Source of the DNA: an uncultured virus (IMG/VR IMGVR_UViG_3300016464_000385)
Lineage: Duplodnaviria > Heunggongvirae > Uroviricota > Caudoviricetes
DNA length: 64,000 bases
Virus record (IMG/VR): IMGVR_UViG_3300016464_000385
Reading direction: 5' to 3' (one strand)
This document shows positions 1 to 9,071 of this stretch, piece after piece. Positions within the stretch are counted from its first letter, which is position 1; every line of letters starts with the position of its first letter. The notes under the pieces were generated by a model that did no database searches, was not told the origin of the DNA, and saw only the letters and a program-made list of their open reading frames with translations. The translations under genes and the position numbers were made by a program.

Positions 1-111
1 ATATCTCTTGTTCTTTCTTAATGGGTCAAATTTAGTATCTTCTTTTGGCTTTTTTTGCCTTTTAGATTCAAAATCAATTTCTTTCTTTTGTTTTTTACGT
101 TTATCTGTCAT
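1..111 (-). CDS. Small basic hypothetical protein (runs off window edge)
   Basis: Manual translation from ATG at 111: MTDKRKKQKKEIDFESKRQKKPKEDTKFDPLRKNKRY, open to position 1; ATGA overlap with upstream stop. Confidence 0.6.
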   Translation of the reverse strand, partial: MTDKRKKQKKEIDFESKRQKKPKEDTKFDPLRKNKRY

Positions 112-533
112 GGTAGTAGATTTGGGAATGTTTCCTTTACTAAGTTATAAGTTAAATATTTTACCTGTAGATCTTTCTTCATCATATTAATAAAGACCTG
201 GGCTTCTCTTGGTTCAAAAGATTCCAGTAGTTGAACTAACAACTGATTTCTTTTATCTTCCGTCATAATATCAGCGGTAGGATTACCTTTCAGAAAAAGA
301 TATACTCTACGCATTTCAGATTCTAGTCCTGCATATCTAAGGCCAGGAAAAGTATCAGGTTCTACATAATTCTTTGGAAAAGAAGTTACATAGAATTGAT
401 ATTGGGGATCAAAAGCATATTTCAATACACCCAAAAAATGGTTAGATGCATTTTCAACTAAGACTTGTTGCCTTTCAGCTTTATTAGTTGCTGCATTAAA
501 TTTATCAAAAATCTCATATACATTTATAATCAT
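108..533 (-). CDS. Conserved T4-like phage hypothetical protein (follows RNase H)
   Basis: ORF track 108..551; likely start MIINVYE at 533 (TGATG overlap with rnh stop). Confidence 0.7.
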   Translation of the reverse strand: MIINVYEIFDKFNAATNKAERQQVLVENASNHFLGVLKYAFDPQYQFYVTSFPKNYVEPDTFPGLRYAGLESEMRRVYLFLKGNPTADIMTEDKRNQLLVQLLESFEPREAQVFINMMKKDLQVKYLTYNLVKETFPNLLP

Positions 534-1375
534 CAGAAATCCTCTATACAATCAATCAAGGTTATTAATTTATTTTCTACGAAATACTTATACAACTTTT
601 GTTTAGAAGAAGGAACAAAAGTTTCATATTCATTTACTATATCACTTTTGATATTTTCAGGAATATGATCAAAGTTAATCAACATATCATTCCTGACATA
701 GTTACGATATACTTCTTCAGTAAAACAAGATTTAGGATCTTGTTCTAGCCAATCAACCAATTTCTTACTAGATACTGGGGATTGTCTTTTCTTAATAACA
801 AATACATCATCAGAAGAAAATATATTAGGAATACCGTCTCCAGAATCACCACGAATAACTTTCTCTTTTAAATCTTTCAGAGGGTTTGGAGATTTAACAT
901 ATACACCAAGCATTGGGTTATATTGTTTTACATTATTATATTTGTGTAATTGTTTAAAGTCTGCATCAGAAGATAGAATAAGAACTTTTTCATGAGAACT
1001 TAATCTAGGAACCAGAGTTCCAATAATATCATCTGCTTCTGCTAAGTCAACTTCAATTACTTTATAAGGAAAATTTTCTTTTAAATCTTCTTTAAGTTTA
1101 TTTAGAACTTTAAAGATTAGATTCCAATCTAGATCAGATTTTTCTCTAGATTCTTTTCGACTTGCTTTATAGTGAGGGAACATTTGTTTACGCCAATATT
1201 GTCTACTGTCGCAACAAAGGATAACTTCTCCATATTCTTTAAACTTCTTAATGTGAGACCGAAGGGTATTTAGAACCACATGTCTAACAAAATCTTCATT
1301 AAGTTTTTCTTTAGGAGAAATTGAGGATAGTAAACCAGAGATTAAGACCTGATTCAAGTCAACTAAAATAGCCAT
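533..1375 (-). CDS. rnh: T4-like RNase H (5'-3' exo/flap nuclease)
   Basis: ILVDLNQ, YWRK..FPHYKASR, EADDIIG, SSDADF.QL, GDSGDGIPN motifs. Confidence 0.93.
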   Translation of the reverse strand: MAILVDLNQVLISGLLSSISPKEKLNEDFVRHVVLNTLRSHIKKFKEYGEVILCCDSRQYWRKQMFPHYKASRKESREKSDLDWNLIFKVLNKLKEDLKENFPYKVIEVDLAEADDIIGTLVPRLSSHEKVLILSSDADFKQLHKYNNVKQYNPMLGVYVKSPNPLKDLKEKVIRGDSGDGIPNIFSSDDVFVIKKRQSPVSSKKLVDWLEQDPKSCFTEEVYRNYVRNDMLINFDHIPENIKSDIVNEYETFVPSSKQKLYKYFVENKLITLIDCIEDF

Positions 1376-1383
1376 TATAATTC

Positions 1384-2070
1384 CTAAATAATATTTTTCA
1401 AATCTTCGTAATTAATTTGTACAGAATACCCTATGTTATTTTCTTGTATAAATTTAGCAAGAGGATAGTCATTCCCGTCTAATATTTGATTAGCGTAAAA
1501 TATTATAAACGGGTTTTTCGATAAAGTCAATACATCTTTAGCAACTAAAGACTTATTCATTCCTTTCTTAGTTATATCTATAGATATTTCTCCTCCAATA
1601 CAAATATCATAATCAGGAAATTCTTTTCGTAATGTTTCTGTTATCTCTTTTCTTTCGTTAAACATAGCATCAAACTTAGAATAATCTGCCCTAAGTTCAT
1701 CTGTAGCATTCCTACCAACAATAGAAAAGTTTATCATACCTTTTCTATAATTGATATGTTTACCTGTCTTATGAGCATATACTGATGAGTTTAGAAATAA
1801 TTCTAATCTATCAATCAACCTAGGATCTTCTATTTCATATTCCACATCAAAGGAAATCCCTTCAATACCTCCGCATGTATATAATTTAACAATATCTAGA
1901 ATCTTTTCTGGAATTTGTTCAATAATCATATTATAATCAGAACCAGAAACTAGTATTACCTTATGCTTTTTACAGAAAGAGTAAAACTTTTCTATAAACT
2001 CTTCCTCCATAGGTTTTCTAGGATGAGTAATAGTTCCGTCAATATCGAATACGTGATATGTAGTTACCAT
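1384..2070 (-). CDS. HAD-IIB eukaryotic-type phosphomannomutase-like protein
   Basis: FDIDGTIT.PR, VSGSD, RKGMINFSIVGRNA, IGGEISIDI..KG..K, GNDY. Confidence 0.8.
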   Translation of the reverse strand: MVTTYHVFDIDGTITHPRKPMEEEFIEKFYSFCKKHKVILVSGSDYNMIIEQIPEKILDIVKLYTCGGIEGISFDVEYEIEDPRLIDRLELFLNSSVYAHKTGKHINYRKGMINFSIVGRNATDELRADYSKFDAMFNERKEITETLRKEFPDYDICIGGEISIDITKKGMNKSLVAKDVLTLSKNPFIIFYANQILDGNDYPLAKFIQENNIGYSVQINYEDLKNII

Positions 2071-2267
2071 CTATAATGATCCGTAATATCAATTACTGTA
2101 TACACAGAAAGCCCATCATATTGATAACCAGATATTTTAACAAAAGTAGACGGCCCTATTCCATTATCATTTTCTTGATATATTTCAAACGTAGGACAAG
2201 TATTTTTATCCATAATTTTATGTAAGTTTTTTATTTCTTCTCGGCTTAATGTTATAGATTTATTCAC
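2064..2267 (-). CDS. Hypothetical protein
   Basis: 67 aa ORF overlapping both neighbours. Confidence 0.6.
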   Translation of the reverse strand: MNKSITLSREEIKNLHKIMDKNTCPTFEIYQENDNGIGPSTFVKISGYQYDGLSVYTVIDITDHYRW

Positions 2268-3361
2268 TTTAATACCTTCAATAGAATAATTTCTTCGTTT
2301 AATCTACCAGTTAGAGCTTGTTCTTTGGTAGAAATACTCTCCATCAATTTCTTCAATTCGCTTTTCTTTCCCTTTGTCACAATAGGAAGGAAATCGGCAG
2401 GTTTTCTGAGAGTTTTCTGAATAGAAGTAGTTTCATTAAATCCTGTTATAGTAGTACCTTTAACAGAAAACCCAGCGTCATCTTCAGAATTATAAACTCC
2501 TAAAGTTTTATATTTAGTATTAAATACCCATAATTGTTTAGCAGCTAAAATTTCAGCAGGATTAATAGAAACTATCTTAAATTCATTATCTTCTCTTTTA
2601 TATTTGACAGAAGATACTTTCTTTTCTAGAGGAATAGCTTTTTTCTTTCTAGTTTTTCTTACAACTTTAGTATTACTAGAATGATCATAACATCCGTTAA
2701 CAATATTTTTTATAAATTCACAAAAGTTAGATAATTCTTTTTTAGACCAATGAGAATATGCTTCAACTAATTGCTCATCCTTTTTATTATACGCTAGTTC
2801 TAATTCATCAAGCATAGGACGATAATGATTTTCTATTTGTTTAGCGTACACAGGTTTAATGTCAGAAGATTTTAACCATTCATAACATTTAAAATCAGAT
2901 TTTCTTTCTTTAATGTAAGCATCAACGAAACCTTCTACTTCATTTATATAAGCTGTAGCCTGATCAAAGATTCTTTCCTGAATATTTTTTTCGGGTTTGA
3001 TAGAAGGTTGAGAAACTATATTTTCTGACGGGACATATGTAATTATTTCTTCAATCTTATCATTAATCCAATCTTTTCTATCTAAATCAGCTCCCCTAAG
3101 AATCATTCTACAAACAAATCCTAGATTTTTGAAGATATAATCTTGAGCAGAAGAAAGTTTTTCTATAATGTCCTGAGAATAATTATACTTCTTAACATAA
3201 TCGAGGGTATATTTTTTGGATTCTTTTGGAGATAATTGATTAGAGTACCAGTTTAATGCCCTAATGAGAGGAAGTTCTTTTTTGGGGTCTCCCCAGACAG
3301 GTTCTTCTCCAACAAATAAACTTTCTATGTTTACGTTTACTTTAGTTTTTCCGACTTTCAT
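2264..3361 (-). CDS. Conserved T4-like phage hypothetical protein
   Basis: 365 aa ORF with C-terminal LWVFNTKY..LG.Y / VKGTTI.GF / KTLRKP / GRLN pattern typical of T4-like phage hypotheticals. Confidence 0.75.
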   Translation of the reverse strand: MKVGKTKVNVNIESLFVGEEPVWGDPKKELPLIRALNWYSNQLSPKESKKYTLDYVKKYNYSQDIIEKLSSAQDYIFKNLGFVCRMILRGADLDRKDWINDKIEEIITYVPSENIVSQPSIKPEKNIQERIFDQATAYINEVEGFVDAYIKERKSDFKCYEWLKSSDIKPVYAKQIENHYRPMLDELELAYNKKDEQLVEAYSHWSKKELSNFCEFIKNIVNGCYDHSSNTKVVRKTRKKKAIPLEKKVSSVKYKREDNEFKIVSINPAEILAAKQLWVFNTKYKTLGVYNSEDDAGFSVKGTTITGFNETTSIQKTLRKPADFLPIVTKGKKSELKKLMESISTKEQALTGRLNEEIILLKVLK

Positions 3362-3713
3362 ATATTTTCAATTTTTCAATAAGACTTTTAATAAATTTGG
3401 TAGAGTGTTTATTTTTAGTTTTTCTAACAACTATACCAAAAAATCCGGATTTGATGATATTATTAATATAAACATCAGGTCCAGTTAATATAGCCTCAAA
3501 ATTATCTATATCAAAAACTAAACCTTCTGGAGTACATTTATAAAGAAGAATATGAAAGTAATCGCCGATATCAGCAGATTCATATTTCGTCTTTTTTATA
3601 TATTTAAACCCTCGTATATCAAGGTCGCTGGAATTACCACCAGAAGGAATGAAGCTGACTCCATCAACATCATCATCAAAAATTTCGCTCAATATTTTTT
3701 TCACAGTTGGCAT
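3342..3713 (-). CDS. Hypothetical protein
   Basis: 123 aa ORF in operon. Confidence 0.65.
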   Translation of the reverse strand: MPTVKKILSEIFDDDVDGVSFIPSGGNSSDLDIRGFKYIKKTKYESADIGDYFHILLYKCTPEGLVFDIDNFEAILTGPDVYINNIIKSGFFGIVVRKTKNKHSTKFIKSLIEKLKIYESRKN

Positions 3714-3742
3714 ATTATATTATTTTTTCCTATAAAAGTCAA
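3714..3742 (-). promoter_or_regulatory. Sigma70-type promoter TTGACT-17-TATAAT
   Basis: AGTCAA 3737-3742 and ATTATA 3714-3719 on + strand, 17 bp spacer. Confidence 0.65.
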
Positions 3743-4140
3743 GTTTTTTTATATACATGTTTTCTAGTTACTTTAACAGAAATCCATTGATTATAATATT
3801 CTTCTGGTTTTAATAAAACATCAAACTCAAATTGATATTTTGCTTCCCAATAAGAACATTCGGATTTCGATGAACATAAACGAAGAATAGTTCTTTTAAA
3901 TTGATCGTTGCCTCTTGAAGAAACTTCTTCTTTTAAAGAATCATTAGAACCATAATAATCTTTCCAATCAGATTCTACTAAAAATCCTTTACGTTTACCT
4001 TTGACGGTTTTGTATTTTTTAAACCAAAATTGTTTTTTGCCGATATATTTTTTATTATTAAAGGTATCTTCTATTATATAAACGAATCCCCAATTATCAG
4101 CAGGTTCAACAAAAGGAATATCTTGGTATATCCAAGACAT
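3739..4140 (-). CDS. GIY-YIG family endonuclease
   Basis: GFVYII...KKYIGKK, YYGS, conserved E, YYN. Confidence 0.8.
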   Translation of the reverse strand: MSWIYQDIPFVEPADNWGFVYIIEDTFNNKKYIGKKQFWFKKYKTVKGKRKGFLVESDWKDYYGSNDSLKEEVSSRGNDQFKRTILRLCSSKSECSYWEAKYQFEFDVLLKPEEYYNQWISVKVTRKHVYKKT

Positions 4141-4144
4141 TAAT

Positions 4145-4330
4145 TTATTCTTCCCAAGCTTCTTCTAAAAATTCATCAAATTCTTCTTCAATATCTTCTT
4201 CTATTGTTTCTATTTTTTCGCCACAAAATGGACAAATTAACTGATCGTGTTCCAAAACTAGATTCTCGTTGAATGTTAATAAAAATTCTGAATCACAATT
4301 GTCGCATAATGTATTTACTATTTTACTCAT
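4145..4330 (-). CDS. Small Zn-ribbon protein with acidic tail
   Basis: CDNC...CPFCG, E/D-rich C-terminus. Confidence 0.7.
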   Translation of the reverse strand: MSKIVNTLCDNCDSEFLLTFNENLVLEHDQLICPFCGEKIETIEEDIEEEFDEFLEEAWEE

Positions 4331-4360
4331 TAAAAATTCCCTTTATCGTTTAAATAAAAG

Positions 4361-4368
4361 TATTTATA
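4361..4368 (-). promoter_or_regulatory. T4-type late promoter TATAAATA
   Basis: TATTTATA on + strand, intergenic, ~30 nt upstream of ATG at 4330. Confidence 0.65.
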
Positions 4369-4380
4369 ATGTTAATATTT

Positions 4381-5235
4381 TTAATCGTATCTTGTAATAT
4401 CATCTTCTCCCAAATAATCTCCTATTTGAACTTCAACAATTTGTAAAATATTATCGGTATTATTAGTTAATTTATGTTTAGCTCCAACAGGAACATAAAT
4501 TGATTCATTTCTCTCCACAACTTCTCTATGATGAAACTTTTCAGTCTCTATTAAAACGTTAGCGGTTCCTTCAACAACTACCCAATGTTCTGATCTATGG
4601 TCATGAGATTGTAGGCTTAAAGATTTTCTTGGCATAACTTCAATAATCTTTACCTTTTTATTAGAATCTTGATAAACAACTTTATAATTACCCCAGATTC
4701 TGTCAGTCATCTCAAAATGCCAATCTCTATATCTATTAAGAATCCAGGAACTAGAATTACATTTATCCCCGCCTAAATTCCAACAAAGAGCAATTCCATT
4801 ATCTTCACAATATTTTTGTTCTTGAGAAGGAGTAGATTTAGTATTTCTATCTCCTCCATTACCAAAAATAAATTCTACGGGAATAGCAGATTCTGAATAA
4901 ACTTCTCCAGGACTCAATAAAGTTACATCTTTATAATAATCTTTATACTTTTCTACTACCATTTTGATGCCATTTACTGCTGAACCAAATTCATCATCCG
5001 GAAAAGCAATAACATCATCAACGCATCTAAATGTTTTTATGATTTTTACTCTTTCTTCGAGCGGAAGAAAGTTAATTCCTTTCTTTTTCTTTAACCATTC
5101 GTCAGAATTTACGCAAACTACAACATAATCCGCTTCTTTCTTCGCGTTTTCAAACAATTCAATATGACCAGAGTGAATCGGATCAAACCCTCCGCTCAAT
5201 ATCATTACTTTTTTGGTTTTCATATGATTATCCAT
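4381..5235 (-). CDS. Cytidylyltransferase (HxGH) fused to type II mannose-6-phosphate isomerase-like cupin
   Basis: GGFDPIHSGH, NSDEWL..KKG; C-terminal R.WG.Y, LSLQSH.HRSEHWVVV.G, EVQ.G.YLGEDDI.RY. Confidence 0.85.
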   Translation of the reverse strand: MDNHMKTKKVMILSGGFDPIHSGHIELFENAKKEADYVVVCVNSDEWLKKKKGINFLPLEERVKIIKTFRCVDDVIAFPDDEFGSAVNGIKMVVEKYKDYYKDVTLLSPGEVYSESAIPVEFIFGNGGDRNTKSTPSQEQKYCEDNGIALCWNLGGDKCNSSSWILNRYRDWHFEMTDRIWGNYKVVYQDSNKKVKIIEVMPRKSLSLQSHDHRSEHWVVVEGTANVLIETEKFHHREVVERNESIYVPVGAKHKLTNNTDNILQIVEVQIGDYLGEDDITRYD

Positions 5236-5569
5236 ATTTTCTTATATAATCTCTACAAGACTCAACTTGAGCATCAATTCTAGCCCATCGCCATTCATCA
5301 GAAAGGAAAGCTGGACCGCGTTTTCTATCTTCTTCTATTTCTTTATCTATACGGATTCTTTCAGCTTCTTGATGAAGCATATATGCATGACGTTCTTCGT
5401 CTGTTGGAGGGTTCAATTTCTTTGCGTACGCTTTTATCCTAGGATCATTCTTAGATTGAACCCTATATTCACTAAAATGAACCCCAGGAGGATTGGGTAT
5501 AAAAGTTTTTTCCTCTTGTACACCCAAAATTCCATTAATATGATTTTCTAATTCTTCATTCACGCCCAA
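5228..5569 (-). CDS. Hypothetical protein
   Basis: 113 aa ORF with GAGG SD; start may be GTG at 5563. Confidence 0.6.
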   Translation of the reverse strand: MGVNEELENHINGILGVQEEKTFIPNPPGVHFSEYRVQSKNDPRIKAYAKKLNPPTDEERHAYMLHQEAERIRIDKEIEEDRKRGPAFLSDEWRWARIDAQVESCRDYIRKYG

Positions 5570-5588
5570 ACCTCGCCTTTAATAAAAT

Positions 5589-6569
5589 TTACCCTTGACA
5601 CCAAACTTCGCTCCAACTTCCTGTTAAGGCTCCTTTAGCATAAGCTGTAGCCCTATTTTCAAAGAAATTTGTATGCTGGGGAGCAGAAATAAGTTCATCA
5701 ACCCAAGGCAACGGGTTCTTTTTAACTTTAAAGATACCTTTTAGGCCCATAGAGATTAATCTACGGTCGCAAATATATCTAATATACTTCTTTAGATCAT
5801 CAATATCAAGACCTTCGCATTCTCCCATGGAATAACAAACATCAATGAAAGAATCTTCAAGTTCTACCATCTTTTCAGCAATAGTATATAACTCAGATTT
5901 TAATTCATCCTTCCAAATATCTCTATTTTCTTCAATAAACTTACGAAAAACTTTAATCATAGCCTCGCAATGTAATTGTTCATCTAGAATAGACCAAGAA
6001 ATGATCTGACCCATCCCTTTCATCTTTCCTCTACGAGGATAATTAAGGAGCATAACGAAAGAACTGAATAATTGCATACCTTCAGTAAAAGCCGAGAATA
6101 AAGCGATCTGTTGAGCAATATGTTTACGATCTAAACCTACGAAAGATTCAATATAATCGTGCTTATTCTTCATTTCTTCGTATTCCATGAATTCAGTGTA
6201 AGTGGATTCAGGCATTCCTAGGGTTTCTATCAAATGAGAATAAGCAGCGATATGAACTGCTTCTCTAGCGGCAAAGCCGAGAAGCATCATTCTTAATTCA
6301 GGCTGTTTTAGGACGGGTAGATAATTATTTACATACCCTCCAGCAACATCAATATCAGATTGAGTAAAGAAACGGAAGATATTAGTAAGAAAATACTTTT
6401 CTTCTTTTGTTAACGCATTTTGCCAATCTTTAATATCTTGAACTAGTTCTACTTCTGTATGTAGCCAATGCATCTTTTCATGCATTAACCAGTAATCGTA
6501 AAACTCTGGATAACTGAAAGGTTTAAATGTAGTCCTAGAATCTGTTAGTTTTAATTTATTTTTCGCCAT
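5589..6569 (-). CDS. nrdB: Ribonucleotide reductase class Ia beta subunit
   Basis: FFTQSD, EAVHIAAYS, EGMQLFSSF, DEQLH, NFFE.R...Y. Confidence 0.95.
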   Translation of the reverse strand: MAKNKLKLTDSRTTFKPFSYPEFYDYWLMHEKMHWLHTEVELVQDIKDWQNALTKEEKYFLTNIFRFFTQSDIDVAGGYVNNYLPVLKQPELRMMLLGFAAREAVHIAAYSHLIETLGMPESTYTEFMEYEEMKNKHDYIESFVGLDRKHIAQQIALFSAFTEGMQLFSSFVMLLNYPRRGKMKGMGQIISWSILDEQLHCEAMIKVFRKFIEENRDIWKDELKSELYTIAEKMVELEDSFIDVCYSMGECEGLDIDDLKKYIRYICDRRLISMGLKGIFKVKKNPLPWVDELISAPQHTNFFENRATAYAKGALTGSWSEVWCQG

Positions 6570-6735
6570 TTTCTTTAGCCTTATTAATAAGTTCGTTTAT
6601 TTTGTTCTGGGCGTATTTAATTTGTTCATTAATATCGCCCTCAATCTTTTCTTCTTTAGAGAAAGTTCCGTATTTATTTCTCAAATTACTAATGAATTCT
6701 CTTATTGCTTTACAACCTCTACATCCAGTTTCCAT
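6556..6735 (-). CDS. 59 aa CxxC protein between nrdA and nrdB (not in ORF track)
   Basis: Manual translation METGCRGCKAIREFISNLRNKYGTFSKEEKIEGDINEQIKYAQNKINELINKAKENGEK; GAGG SD upstream. Confidence 0.6.
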   Translation of the reverse strand: METGCRGCKAIREFISNLRNKYGTFSKEEKIEGDINEQIKYAQNKINELINKAKENGEK

Positions 6736-6742
6736 ATTAACC

Positions 6743-8551
6743 TCAAGAATGACAAGCTATACAATCATCACCATTAATCAAATCATTAAGGTTGATTTCC
6801 TCGATTATTTGCCTTTCGATTTGTTTCGATACTTTATCAGCTTTCTTTAAACTATCTGATCTACAATAATATAAAGTAGGAAGTTTGTGTTTCCAGGCCA
6901 TAAAATGAATAGCATGTAGATATTTAATATGAACATCCGGTCTAAAGAATAGATTTACTGATTGAGTTTGATCAATAAACTTTTGTCTATCAGCAGCAAG
7001 TTCTACGACCCAACGTTGATCAATTTCCATAGCAGTCTTGAATACTTCTTTTTCATCGTCAGAGAAAATATCCATATGTTGAATAGAACCATCGTTAGAA
7101 ATAATATCTAACCAGACTTCATCATAACTTAATTTAGGATTTTTTTCAAGTTTTTCTTTAATTAATCTATCCAATACATGATTCTTATTTAAATAAGAAC
7201 CCGACATAGTATCTTGACGATAAGCATTAGCTCTAATAGGTTCAATAGAAGGACTGATATTACCCATAATAATAGAAGTAGAAGCCGTCGGAGCAATAGC
7301 CATTACATGACTAAATCTCTGATAGCCCATGGTTTTGCCGCCTGAAATAAAGTCCATGCAGCTTCCTCTTTCTTTTCCAAGTTCGCTATTAGCAAAATCT
7401 AAATGATTTCTAATATTCTTGAATATTTGCATATTTCTAGATTTAGCTAATGCGGATTCAAAAGGAATATTATTTTGCTGTAGATATGTATGGAATCCTA
7501 ATACACCAACTCCAATAGCCCTTTCCATAGAAGCTGAATAAGCTGCCCTTGAAATAGCCTCCGGAGCTTTAGAAATAAATTTACTTAAAACATTATCAAG
7601 CATTTCTGCTATATCTCTAAAGAACTGATAATTATCTTTATACTCGTCATAATATCTTAGGTTAACAGAAGATAAACAACAAACAGCAGTTCTTTTTTCA
7701 TCCGTGGGAAGAAGGATTTCAGTACAGATATTACTTTGCGTAATCTTTAGTCCTAAATTCTTTTGGAAATCAGGAAGTTGTTCGTTAGCAGTATCAATAT
7801 AAAGGATATAAGGTTCTCCAGTTTGCATTCTCATATCAAGAATCTTTTGCCATAATTCTTTAGCGGATACTGTCTGCTTAACGTTTTCTGGGTTATGATG
7901 ATCAAATAAATCCCAAGAATCATCAAAATTAGGATCAATCATACATTGTTCAATAATATTCATAAACTTATCAGTTAGAATAATACCGTGATGTAGATTT
8001 AAACACTTTACGTTTTGATCTCCCGTAGGTTTCCTCATTTCTAGGAACATCAATACATCTGGATGATCTACTCTCAAATAAGCAGCATAAGAACCTCTAC
8101 GAGTCTTACCTTGGCGATAAGCTAGGCAAGAAGCATCGTAGATTTTTAGATGGGGCATTACTCCAACTGACTTTTCGTCAGCAGAACGAATATCAACGCC
8201 GATACCAACTCCACCACCTAACATTGATAGGGTATTTACTTCAGAAAGAGTATCAACTAACCCAGAAGAAGAATCTTGCATATAGGAAAGGAAACACGAT
8301 ATAGGAAGTCCCTTTTTAGATTTACCATAGGAAAGAATAGGAGTAGCGAAAGACAACCAATGTTTAGAAGAATAGTCATATAATCGCTGTGCATGATCTT
8401 TATCCGAAGCAAAAGCATTAGAAACAAAAGCAAATCTTTCCTGAGGCGATTGCTCCTCTTCTCTCATATATGATTCTTTTAACCGTTTGATTCCAAGCGA
8501 ATCAAATAAATTGTCTCTCTCTGGTTCTATGTTAATTCCTAGATATTCCAT
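6743..8551 (-). CDS. nrdA: Ribonucleotide reductase class Ia alpha subunit (short, no ATP-cone)
   Basis: PISCFL, GGGVG, QSNICTEI, CCLSS, AIAPTAS, TLYY, C-terminal CIAC. Confidence 0.95.
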   Translation of the reverse strand: MEYLGINIEPERDNLFDSLGIKRLKESYMREEEQSPQERFAFVSNAFASDKDHAQRLYDYSSKHWLSFATPILSYGKSKKGLPISCFLSYMQDSSSGLVDTLSEVNTLSMLGGGVGIGVDIRSADEKSVGVMPHLKIYDASCLAYRQGKTRRGSYAAYLRVDHPDVLMFLEMRKPTGDQNVKCLNLHHGIILTDKFMNIIEQCMIDPNFDDSWDLFDHHNPENVKQTVSAKELWQKILDMRMQTGEPYILYIDTANEQLPDFQKNLGLKITQSNICTEILLPTDEKRTAVCCLSSVNLRYYDEYKDNYQFFRDIAEMLDNVLSKFISKAPEAISRAAYSASMERAIGVGVLGFHTYLQQNNIPFESALAKSRNMQIFKNIRNHLDFANSELGKERGSCMDFISGGKTMGYQRFSHVMAIAPTASTSIIMGNISPSIEPIRANAYRQDTMSGSYLNKNHVLDRLIKEKLEKNPKLSYDEVWLDIISNDGSIQHMDIFSDDEKEVFKTAMEIDQRWVVELAADRQKFIDQTQSVNLFFRPDVHIKYLHAIHFMAWKHKLPTLYYCRSDSLKKADKVSKQIERQIIEEINLNDLINGDDCIACHS

Positions 8552-8693
8552 TTTGTTCTTCCTTCTCGATTTGTTTTTTATATTCTTCGTCTATAACTCT
8601 CTGAGCCCAAAATTCCTCATTTTCAATAAATAAGTCATCGTCCTCGAAAATTTCAGAGATCGTTTTCTTTTCTGTTTTCTGAATAGTGGACAT
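8532..8693 (-). CDS. 53 aa acidic hypothetical protein (not in ORF track)
   Basis: Manual translation MSTIQKTEKKTISEIFEDDDLFIENEEFWAQRVIDEEYKKQIEKEEQNGISRN fills the mazG-nrdA gap. Confidence 0.45.
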   Translation of the reverse strand: MSTIQKTEKKTISEIFEDDDLFIENEEFWAQRVIDEEYKKQIEKEEQNGISRN

Positions 8694-9069
8694 CAAATTT
8701 TCCTGCCGGATACCTATTTATTAATTTATTTACGTTTTCTTTAATTACTTCGTTTGGATCTAAGTTCAAAGCTCTGCAAGCATTAATCCAGTACCAAGCA
8801 ATATCTCCAAGCTCCCTGAATAAATGATATTTAGTATCTTCATCTAAAGGTTTTCCTTGGAAAACAATCTTCTTAACAATTTCCTGAAACTCTCCGCCCT
8901 CAGAACCTAATCCAATAGCAGCAGTCATTAATAGGGAAATATTACCTACTCCTTCGCTTTTAAGCGCATTTAACCTAGAAATCATAAACTCTAGATCATT
9001 TGAAGAATTTGAAGTAACAGATTCAACAAATTCCATATAACGATTCAAATCAACAGCATTCTTATTCAT
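8653..9069 (-). CDS. mazG: MazG-like NTP pyrophosphohydrolase
   Basis: GL.SEGGEF.EIVKK, ELGDI.WY, N..KL..RYP. Confidence 0.88.
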   Translation of the reverse strand: MNKNAVDLNRYMEFVESVTSNSSNDLEFMISRLNALKSEGVGNISLLMTAAIGLGSEGGEFQEIVKKIVFQGKPLDEDTKYHLFRELGDIAWYWINACRALNLDPNEVIKENVNKLINRYPAGKFDVHYSENRKENDL

Positions 9070-9071
9070 TA

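Noticed and set aside
3739..4140. Mobile homing endonuclease or intron
   Set aside because: Short single-domain GIY-YIG with no DNA-binding extension and no interrupted host gene; more likely a resident nuclease
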